Shown piece by piece: positions 56,563 to 64,000 of a stretch of DNA of 64,000 bases. The notes beneath the pieces are model-generated. The model ran no database searches, was not told the origin of the DNA, and worked only from the letters and a program-made list of their open reading frames with translations. A program made the position numbers and the translations under genes. Each line of letters begins with the position of its first letter. Position 1 is the stretch's first letter. Source of the stretch: a phage. Where the stretch lies: the NCBI GenBank assembly GCA_012401045.1, contig GCA_012401045.1_4704.1; one strand, 5' to 3'.

Positions 56563-56883
56563 TTATCTTCCACCGCGCAATGACTTTACGTTGCGTGCGA
56601 TAAAGGGTGCAACGTAATCACGGAAATTATGGATCCATCCTTTAATGGGTTGGTTGTCTAGTAAGCACTCACGTACCGAAAACGTACTTACTTCTAATAC
56701 ACCAAACTGTAGTCGCCAATAGCGATTGATTTCAGCTTGGGTATGTTCTAATGTCATGTACTCAGGAACACGAGCCAATAGGTCGTGTTTAAATTGCTCA
56801 GCAATCGCTGGTTGATGTGACGCAATTGTCTGCGTGATAACATCAATCAGTTCATGTGCATGCTTGATAGCAGGTGCGGTCAT
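56563..56883 (-). CDS. Hypothetical protein (106 aa)
   Basis: SD AAAGG. Confidence 0.55.
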   Translation of the reverse strand: MTAPAIKHAHELIDVITQTIASHQPAIAEQFKHDLLARVPEYMTLEHTQAEINRYWRLQFGVLEVSTFSVRECLLDNQPIKGWIHNFRDYVAPFIARNVKSLRGGR

Positions 56884-56895
56884 TTATTTAGCCTT

Positions 56896-58386
56896 TTATT
56901 TTTTACTCGGACGATTCAATGCGGGTACCGGGTTCTTTGGTTGCTTTGTCTTTTCATCCATCCAGTACGGGAAGTACTCACCAGTACGCATACGCAATAA
57001 GTCCATTGTGGACAGGAACGGCAGCGGGTTAGGATCGTCCAGATACGTCCAGTAACCACGCGTGTTTAACAATACATCCCAATCGAAACCTTTTGCTTTA
57101 AGATCGTCGTACAGTTCCTGTGGGGTGCAATACAGCTGTGGGTTTTCGTAAACCTCTTGACGCCAGAGATTATGCATTTGACACAGCTCCGACGTAATTT
57201 CCAGAGCACGCTGTAAATACTCATCCTCTTCGCAGAGTGAACGAATGGTCGTACGCTGCAACGCAACATCCGGATAAATATCCAAATATACCGTTGAAGC
57301 ACCATCAGCTGACTTACCACCTGACGCATGCATACCCCAACCACGCATCCAATCTTTATCACGCAGGTAGTGGTATTCCGTTAATGATGGTTTAACCCCT
57401 TCGCTCTGACTAACCACAATCGGGAACGGTAAGCCGGTGGGTCCGTTTTTAGCGCGCATGTTAAAGACTTGAATCAACTGCAGATCGGTATCCCCGATAA
57501 GGTTGTCACCAGGCCCACGCGGATAAAGGACGCGTTTATCCGCGTTCTGAAGAATCGTCAGTTTATCGATTTTCCAGAGGTTATTCGTATAAAACGTGAA
57601 GCGTTCCGGGACGTTCTTAAACTTCTCATCGCCCTTAAACCCTTTCAGTTTTCGTACCGGTTGCTGTCCCGGCATACCACCAACGTTTACACCGTCACCA
57701 AGGTGGGCGGTCATGGTAATGTAGATACCCGCCGACGCTGTGAGTACTGGCATCTGTGATAGAATCTGGCTTTTCGCAGCTGCTGAACGCATCGCTTCAG
57801 CATTCAGTTTTGCGCCACCCGCGGTTTCTTTATCGAACAGTGCATCAACGGCATCGATTGGTAATCCAGAGAAACTGTCGATGAGTACAACGGTCGGCAA
57901 CCACCAGGTATAGTTCTCACCATGTTTATTAATAAACGGAACGGCTTTGCGTTGAGATTTATCTTTGACCTTATCGTCACGGAATTTCTTAATCGCATCA
58001 AACCAAATGTTACCGCTCATCTGAACAGCATCGGTGATAAACACACGTTCTTCTTCGAAAAGATCAACACCTGCGATATTAGACATGTTCATCGCAAGCG
58101 TTAAGATACGTGTTGTCGTTAACGACATTTCGGTGTCGTAAACGCTACTATTGCTGTTTGCGTAACGATCGATAACGCGTAACAAGCGAAACATTATGAA
58201 CGTGGTTTTGTTCATGTTGCCGCGAGCGCCTGCGCCCTCAACAAGCATCATGCCGCCGTTACAAATGCTTTCACCGTGTTTACCGATATAGTACCGACCG
58301 CCAGATGTGGGAATATCCATTAAGCAACCAATGTTGAGATTAAAACGCATCTCTTCACCGGGAGAAAGGTACTTATTAAGATTCAT
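56896..58386 (-). CDS. Possible RecA/UvsX-like recombinase-fold ATPase (496 aa), divergent
   Basis: MMLVEGAGARGNMNKTTF (degenerate P-loop, cf. UvsX LLILAGPSKSFKS from memory), TVVLIDSFSGL (Walker B-like), GGMPGQ; SD AAGGAG. Confidence 0.35.
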   Translation of the reverse strand: MNLNKYLSPGEEMRFNLNIGCLMDIPTSGGRYYIGKHGESICNGGMMLVEGAGARGNMNKTTFIMFRLLRVIDRYANSNSSVYDTEMSLTTTRILTLAMNMSNIAGVDLFEEERVFITDAVQMSGNIWFDAIKKFRDDKVKDKSQRKAVPFINKHGENYTWWLPTVVLIDSFSGLPIDAVDALFDKETAGGAKLNAEAMRSAAAKSQILSQMPVLTASAGIYITMTAHLGDGVNVGGMPGQQPVRKLKGFKGDEKFKNVPERFTFYTNNLWKIDKLTILQNADKRVLYPRGPGDNLIGDTDLQLIQVFNMRAKNGPTGLPFPIVVSQSEGVKPSLTEYHYLRDKDWMRGWGMHASGGKSADGASTVYLDIYPDVALQRTTIRSLCEEDEYLQRALEITSELCQMHNLWRQEVYENPQLYCTPQELYDDLKAKGFDWDVLLNTRGYWTYLDDPNPLPFLSTMDLLRMRTGEYFPYWMDEKTKQPKNPVPALNRPSKK

Positions 58387-58484
58387 TGGGTAAAGACTCC
58401 TTCGATTCTTCGACTAATTCTTAGTGTTCAGAGAATAACTATTTTTAGTTAAGACTGACAACCGCTATTTCCACGAGGACAATC

Positions 58485-59327
58485 ATGCATAAATTTACCA
58501 TTCCTGAAGACCCGATTACACTGCAGACCCTTTGGGATTCACATCGTGCTTTATCAATGGAAGGCTTTGCGCAAGACTTCGCTTCACTTACCGCAGTAAC
58601 GAATCTTCGCAGTATGTTTACCAACGGTAAGAAGTTTGTTACCGATTGGCTTAAGAAACGTGATGTGACGGTTTATCCTAAAGTTTTCGATGACCTCGAT
58701 ACGATTTTTAGCAACAACGCTTACAGCGATCTCATTGGGTATCGTGCTTTTATTCCGAATGGTTTAAATGCGCCGATGTCAGATTATGTTGTTGCTTTAA
58801 CTCAGAGCCTGGATAGCGTGATTGGCACCATCCTACCTGATTTGGATAAGTTGACCGTAACGTGCGCTAAAGCCGTCAACGACGTTAACTTCCGTCGTAG
58901 TAGTGGTATGGCTCAAACGCTACCTAAAAACGATCCAGAGAACGTTCTAGAGACGTTACGTGCGATGTTCAAACAAGGGACGGTAACACAGACCACTGTA
59001 GGCCGTGCATATAAGAACGAAGATGATATTCGTCAGATCGGAAAAGATCTGGATGCTTCCCGTATCCGTGCGCTTGACGTTAATCCTAAAGACGTGAAGA
59101 AGGCAATCGAACGTTTCATGGAGGTAGCTGACCGTTTAACCGAAATCCTGGTTCAAGACTACAATGAAGGTGCGGTGAGCAACGCGATGATTCGCGATAT
59201 TAGTGACGCTATCTACCAAACAGCCAAGCAGGCTGAACTGTATGCGTTTCTCGTGAACGCTTTGGCTGAGGCGATCATCGCATATAACGACACTTGGGAC
59301 GCCGTTAAAAAGAACGCGAAAAAATAA
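58485..59327 (+). CDS. Hypothetical protein (280 aa)
   Basis: ORF; terminator follows. Confidence 0.65.
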   Translation: MHKFTIPEDPITLQTLWDSHRALSMEGFAQDFASLTAVTNLRSMFTNGKKFVTDWLKKRDVTVYPKVFDDLDTIFSNNAYSDLIGYRAFIPNGLNAPMSDYVVALTQSLDSVIGTILPDLDKLTVTCAKAVNDVNFRRSSGMAQTLPKNDPENVLETLRAMFKQGTVTQTTVGRAYKNEDDIRQIGKDLDASRIRALDVNPKDVKKAIERFMEVADRLTEILVQDYNEGAVSNAMIRDISDAIYQTAKQAELYAFLVNALAEAIIAYNDTWDAVKKNAKK

Positions 59328-59335
59328 CATAATAA

Positions 59336-59371
59336 CCCACCCTACTACCCCGTTAAGGGCGGTAGGGTGGG
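59336..59371. terminator. Bidirectional terminator hairpin cccaccctac/gtagggtggg
   Basis: 10-bp stem followed by GTTTATTTG; A-rich upstream. Confidence 0.6.
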
Positions 59372-59378
59372 ATAAGGT

Positions 59379-59810
59379 TTATTTGCCGTATAGTTGTACC
59401 ACTCGTTGTGTCGTAGGAACGCAGACTCTTACCAGAAGCTTTTTAATCTCCTGACGAATCGTTGCTTTATCATCATAATAAAGCCATGGTGGAACGCGTT
59501 GCATTATGCACTGCACGGCTTCATCGTAGTTCGTCGTCCCATTAAGTAACGTCTCACTATCCAGATCTTTCCATGCAGTAATACCAAGTCGCGCAGCAAA
59601 CATCAACGCTGAAACCGACTCAGCTATCTCCAATCGCTCATTCATATCCGCAAGACCTTTTAGCATGATGTAATTATCATCATGCTGATGTAAGGTGCCA
59701 TACAAACTTCCGAAGAGAAGTATACGTTTAGCTTTTGCGGTTAAGAGGAACGACAGGAGAGCGTATTTCAACGGTTGTTTCTCACGTTCTACCTGTTCGA
59801 CCATCACCAT
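59379..59810 (-). CDS. Hypothetical protein (143 aa)
   Basis: ATG 3 nt after upstream stop. Confidence 0.55.
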   Translation of the reverse strand: MVMVEQVEREKQPLKYALLSFLLTAKAKRILLFGSLYGTLHQHDDNYIMLKGLADMNERLEIAESVSALMFAARLGITAWKDLDSETLLNGTTNYDEAVQCIMQRVPPWLYYDDKATIRQEIKKLLVRVCVPTTQRVVQLYGK

Positions 59811-59813
59811 TGA

Positions 59814-61340
59814 TTACTCCAACACATAACGTGGGTTACTGTATATGTTAGCCCATATACCAACGTCGTCCCCCGATTCAATAATCACGGCGAAACGAAA
59901 CGCAATATCAGATTCACGATAAGTTACCGCGTACGCTTTCGTTTCTGGCGATGCTAAATAGCTCAAGTTCAGACGTTGAGGTAGGTCTAACCCCAAGGAC
60001 ATGGTACAAGACGTAACGCCCTGCTTATCAGGGTTCAGTCTGTAATTCACATCCACCTTCAGGCTTTTCGTAACCTGCGTAATCTCACTATGCACTTTGG
60101 TCACCGTTTTGCCTTTCTTATCCTTTTCTGTTTCGAAAAGAACATCGGTAATTTCGGTTACAACCAGACGCGGTGTGGATTCGCGGTTAGCATCCAGCCA
60201 TTCATCCAGTAACGTCTTTAAGAAGTTCAAGGAATCAATCGCGCGCCAAGCAAGGTTAGGTGGATTACACGCTTCCATTAGAATGGCTGTGTTGGATCCA
60301 CCTAGCGGAAGATGCACGCTCTTACCGAGGCCCGTAGGACGCATCGTAAGATCGCACTCGCCCTCAAGAATATCGCGATGATATTGGCGATGATGAAGGT
60401 TATCTGTGTATGCGATATACACTGACTCCGTTGTCCCATGCTCTAATACCCGAGATGCATGCGTACGCATAATCTCAACAGCATCATCCGGCTTGCTTAA
60501 ATAGATAACACTGTACGCACTATCGCTAATCCTTTTCCCTAACTCAAGACGTCCCTTGTTGTCTTTATCGGTGTTACCACCGAAATAGATGTAGCGGCCA
60601 TCTTTCGCACGCTCTTGCTGCTGGTTGGTGGTAAAGTAGCAGCGTGAGAACGTAAAGAACGGGCTTATTTCCGGTTCGGGACTCCAATATCCCTTAGCCG
60701 GAAGTTCGCGGCGTATTTGGGTTCTTACAGCCCAGTCCTGGTTTTGTGACAGATATGTTCCACGCGTTGCCAACATATCCGCACGTTCGTTACCAACATT
60801 GCCCTCATGTCCAGGAACGTAGCGCAGCGAAATATCGATAGCGTCGCGCTTCGCATCCCTTATCGCACTATCGAGTTTCCGCCACCGTTCCGCATTCATT
60901 AACGGTTTATTGTCGGATTTAACCCAGTTGTTCTCTCGCCAGTTAGCGAGATGGTTGGTGGCACCTACAACAACATATTGGCTGTCCGACAACAGCTGGA
61001 TCCGTTTTGCCCCCTTTGCTTTTCCAAGTTCAATCGCACGTATTGCAGCATCCAACTCAGCCTGATTGTTCGTTACGTTGAAACCCAAAGCCTCTAACTC
61101 ATCCACGTATTCCTTGGGTTCGACCAGCACAGCGTCTTTAGGAAAGTCGAGTTTAGGGTCAACATAACCGTATTGCGTTGGTTTGGGCTTCCCACTTTTT
61201 GAGGGTTCCAAGGTGCCTTTTATTTCTTTCACCATATCGTAGGTGTAGCCGTGCACGCCGTAGCCACCATACCCACTCGATGTTGGACGGGATCCTCCAT
61301 CGCAGTAGAAAACGGCACCGAGCTCAGTATTTCCTGCCAT
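59814..61340 (-). CDS. RNase H-like nuclease with about 300-aa C-terminal extension (about 508 aa)
   Basis: FYCDGG (Asp), NNQAELDAAI (Glu), LLSDSQYVV (Asp), GHEGNVGNERADMLA (Asp): RNase HI catalytic tetrad order; start likely at second ATG (61340) with SD GAGG. Confidence 0.75.
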   Translation of the reverse strand: MAGNTELGAVFYCDGGSRPTSSGYGGYGVHGYTYDMVKEIKGTLEPSKSGKPKPTQYGYVDPKLDFPKDAVLVEPKEYVDELEALGFNVTNNQAELDAAIRAIELGKAKGAKRIQLLSDSQYVVVGATNHLANWRENNWVKSDNKPLMNAERWRKLDSAIRDAKRDAIDISLRYVPGHEGNVGNERADMLATRGTYLSQNQDWAVRTQIRRELPAKGYWSPEPEISPFFTFSRCYFTTNQQQERAKDGRYIYFGGNTDKDNKGRLELGKRISDSAYSVIYLSKPDDAVEIMRTHASRVLEHGTTESVYIAYTDNLHHRQYHRDILEGECDLTMRPTGLGKSVHLPLGGSNTAILMEACNPPNLAWRAIDSLNFLKTLLDEWLDANRESTPRLVVTEITDVLFETEKDKKGKTVTKVHSEITQVTKSLKVDVNYRLNPDKQGVTSCTMSLGLDLPQRLNLSYLASPETKAYAVTYRESDIAFRFAVIIESGDDVGIWANIYSNPRYVLE

Positions 61341-61390
61341 TGTAAACCTCATTAATCATTGTCCGTATGATAGCCCAAAGTTGTACGGTA

Positions 61391-61942
61391 TTACCGATTA
61401 CCATCGGTTGACGTTGGTTGATCGCGATTGACTTTCATTGACCGCAGTTTTCCGCCGTTAATGACGCATTGATTGCGTTGTTTGGCGGAGGTCAGACTAT
61501 TACAGACGTAATAGGTATCGATAAAACGTTCAACGCGTTCTTGAAACTCCCTCTCGTCAACTTTCTCTTTTTCAAAAGTTCGTAACGCTCGATCAACCTC
61601 ACCCTGGAGAATCCGATTCTGTTCAATCATACTGTCGATTAAACGGCCTCGTACTTCGTTCGATGTGTAGAGTTGATGAATCAGTTCTCGGTTGGTGTCT
61701 CGCGCATAACGCAATGTTGCATTTTCCTGACGTAAACTAGTCACGTCAGCCATCAAGGTAATGATTTTTTCGCCAGCAAATAACGTCACGATACCCAATA
61801 CGATGAAAAAGCCCGTAACCAAGAATATCGAGGACTGTCGAGCTCCATCTCGACGAAAACGTGAAGGCGGTCGCTTACTTCGCCGAAACAACTCGCGAAG
61901 AAAAGGGAAAAGCCAGGGCAACGCCTTGAGTGTAGTAAGCAT
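61391..61942 (-). CDS. Membrane-anchored coiled-coil protein (about 183 aa); i-spanin-like topology
   Basis: Basic N-terminus, single TM helix IFLVTGFFIVLGIVTLFAG, then heptad-rich region; start ATG 61942 with SD AAGGA. Confidence 0.5.
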   Translation of the reverse strand: MLTTLKALPWLFPFLRELFRRSKRPPSRFRRDGARQSSIFLVTGFFIVLGIVTLFAGEKIITLMADVTSLRQENATLRYARDTNRELIHQLYTSNEVRGRLIDSMIEQNRILQGEVDRALRTFEKEKVDEREFQERVERFIDTYYVCNSLTSAKQRNQCVINGGKLRSMKVNRDQPTSTDGNR

Positions 61943-61996
61943 GCGTGTGTCCTTGATAGTATGAAATTTCCAATACAACTTAACCGAGGACGTCGA

Positions 61997-63337
61997 ATGA
62001 TTAGTATTTTTGGTTTTTATACGTACAAAGGGTACGCTAATAACCACCCAAAAACCACGGCGAAATTCGGTGAGTTCAGTCAGCACAGTGCTACGTTCAG
62101 TCGCGAAATCGGCATCTATACCAACACGGCGTACGCACGTACGACCTTATTAGTGTTGAATGCCGAAAACGAAGCTGGTGAAGCACAAACGCTGAATGAC
62201 GACACCGCAGGCCGCATTCTTCAGGTTGGTCAATGGTTGCTGGAAAAAGCCGCATCGGGCGAAATCCAGGACGACAGAGACCAGGTTATCGACTACCTAA
62301 AAGACGACTTCACAACGTATTTGGATTCTATCGACATCCCAACACCCACCACCGATGGCACAGTCTATCTACCGGCGTGGATCAGTTTCAAGATAACAGC
62401 CACCGGCGATGTTGTCAAGATTTGGTTGTCTGATAGCGTATTCCAAAGTCAATATCCAAAATACGAATATGAAGTCGTTCCCCCTGTTCCTAAGGATCAG
62501 TTAGATACCTTCTTCGAAGATCTGGCAACATTGAAGGAACTGGTTGACAGTCGAAGCAGCGAGAAACTGACCGAAGAAATCAACGAGGTGCGCGACCAAT
62601 TCCCAGACACACAATTGTGGACGAAAACCTATAAAGCGTACGATTACACCGACGATTCGAAATACATTAATACCGATTGGACGGTGATTATCTACGGTGC
62701 AGCAGGTAACAATATTGATAATATCAAGGAGTTCCTGCAAAACTGGATTCTTAGCAATAGCACACACGGACGTCCAGACTGGGAAATCGTTCTGCCGGAT
62801 CTTTTTATTCCGACGGAACACATCTTCATCCCGATCTGGAACCGCCACAGTGCTCCAGAAATGACCAATCAGGCACGTATCTATAGTCCTATCTTCGATG
62901 ATTCGTTGATGGATACCTACCTGAAAAACTTTGCTGATGGTTACGGCGAAACCGCCGAAGTCCGTAAGTCGCTTCAAGCGGTGCCGACGTTGTGGCGCTC
63001 GATCGGTTTCTTAAGTGTCGGTAACTCACGTAACCGAGACGGTAAACTTAAGTTCTACGATCGTTGGCCACAATACGCGCTCATCAGCACAACCAGTATC
63101 GACATTAACCGTATCGACGATGCGACACGTGAATTCATCACGTTCACTTACGAAATGCTGAAACTGGCGGAATCGCTCACTGAAGACGACCCAGTACCGT
63201 TGGGTTATAGTCGTGTTACACGTGGTAGCAATAGCTTCTTAGCGAAAAGCCACAACGATGTTCAGTATCTCTTCTTAACAAAAGAAGCGTTCCTGAAGAA
63301 AATGCCGGATGATGCCGACACGCCTGTTGGAGGTTGA
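61997..63337 (+). CDS. Hypothetical protein (about 446 aa)
   Basis: ATG 61997 with SD GAGGA 8 nt upstream. Confidence 0.65.
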   Translation: MISIFGFYTYKGYANNHPKTTAKFGEFSQHSATFSREIGIYTNTAYARTTLLVLNAENEAGEAQTLNDDTAGRILQVGQWLLEKAASGEIQDDRDQVIDYLKDDFTTYLDSIDIPTPTTDGTVYLPAWISFKITATGDVVKIWLSDSVFQSQYPKYEYEVVPPVPKDQLDTFFEDLATLKELVDSRSSEKLTEEINEVRDQFPDTQLWTKTYKAYDYTDDSKYINTDWTVIIYGAAGNNIDNIKEFLQNWILSNSTHGRPDWEIVLPDLFIPTEHIFIPIWNRHSAPEMTNQARIYSPIFDDSLMDTYLKNFADGYGETAEVRKSLQAVPTLWRSIGFLSVGNSRNRDGKLKFYDRWPQYALISTTSIDINRIDDATREFITFTYEMLKLAESLTEDDPVPLGYSRVTRGSNSFLAKSHNDVQYLFLTKEAFLKKMPDDADTPVGG

Positions 63338-63339
63338 TT

Positions 63340-63966
63340 ATGGCTGTAACACGCATGACGCCGAGTCCCGGTGCGGTCGGGGTATTCACAGTATCAGCGC
63401 CGTTTTCCGTTGGTGCGTCAACGCTATATACCGTTACAGCGTTGCGAAGATTCAGCGAAGTCATCGGTAGTGGAATCGATCTATTTACGGAACTGTACGA
63501 ACCGTTATCAATAGACAAATCCACTTTCGAAGCGCATCTCGAAGCGAATGCTTATCTCGTCACGTTGCAACCGGATTACGGTGCACCCGTACTGGTACCT
63601 GATACGTATATCACGTCGTACCCAAAGAACGATTCCTTGCGGTATCGTCGCATTATTCTGGGTATCGATTTCGGGCCTCTTCCTCCCGGTCTTGACCTTT
63701 CGTATTTAACAACGATATTGAAAGGTAAGGCTAGTGATATTCTTGGTGTCGAACCTGAAGTTAAAACGATGGAAATCACTCTCGATGATACCGTTACTCA
63801 GGAACAACATCAGATAAACGAAGCCCGTCGTCAGGCTGCGATAAAAGAGCGAGATACCATATACGCACGTTGTGAAACGCAAGAGAAGCAGATAACGGCT
63901 TTACTTGCAACCCAAAAGCAACTTATCAAATTGCTTCAAGACGCCGGTATCAATCCGACACCTTAA
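63340..63966 (+). CDS. Hypothetical protein (about 208 aa)
   Basis: ATG 63340 with SD GGAGG 7 nt upstream; hairpin begins at window end. Confidence 0.6.
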   Translation: MAVTRMTPSPGAVGVFTVSAPFSVGASTLYTVTALRRFSEVIGSGIDLFTELYEPLSIDKSTFEAHLEANAYLVTLQPDYGAPVLVPDTYITSYPKNDSLRYRRIILGIDFGPLPPGLDLSYLTTILKGKASDILGVEPEVKTMEITLDDTVTQEQHQINEARRQAAIKERDTIYARCETQEKQITALLATQKQLIKLLQDAGINPTP

Positions 63967-64000
63967 CATATTCCCTCCTCCTTCCCCGATGGGTTGGAGG

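Noticed and set aside
61943-62086. ORF-track N-terminal extension of minus ORF 61391..62086 and ATG 61961 start of the plus gene
   Set aside because: The extensions would overlap the divergent neighbour; internal starts at 61942 (SD AAGGA) and 61997 (SD GAGGA) are better supported
1-64000. tRNA genes, CRISPR arrays, integrase/transposase or prophage boundary
   Set aside because: No direct-repeat arrays; the longer intergenic regions (5244-5541, 14583-14890) lack tRNA T-loop (GTTCGA) features; no recombinase motifs or flanking inverted repeats seen

Overview
The window is densely packed phage DNA with no host-like, rRNA, tRNA, CRISPR or integrase/transposase signatures. It most likely comes from a large nucleus-forming (phiKZ-like, jumbo) phage of an enterobacterial host; that placement is inference from gene content and codon usage. 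Hallmarks read directly from the translations: a tubulin-like PhuZ homolog (9632-10612), an RNA polymerase beta-prime N-terminal-half homolog with a DFDGD motif (40346-41992) next to a 1448-aa beta-like subunit (35996-40342), a 2221-aa giant protein with a GH19/lysozyme-like domain (42238-48903), a terminase large subunit (18314-20545), a sheath/tube-sized codon-optimised pair (25998-28976), an RNase H fusion (59814-61340) and a possible RecA/UvsX-like protein (56896-58386). A codon-optimised gene truncated at the window start (1-1674) is a candidate chimallin or major capsid protein. Two recurrent intergenic motif families upstream of minus-strand genes look like phage-RNAP promoters: an A-tract plus TATATTACCT element (4 sites) and a hairpin plus TTTTATGCCGT element (4 sites, plus 3 hairpin-less variants). 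A family of CT-rich/GA-rich hairpins marks gene-block boundaries. Most other genes are hypothetical, many translationally coupled. All calls rest on manual motif recognition; hand-derived coordinates may be off by 1-2 nt, and no database search was run.
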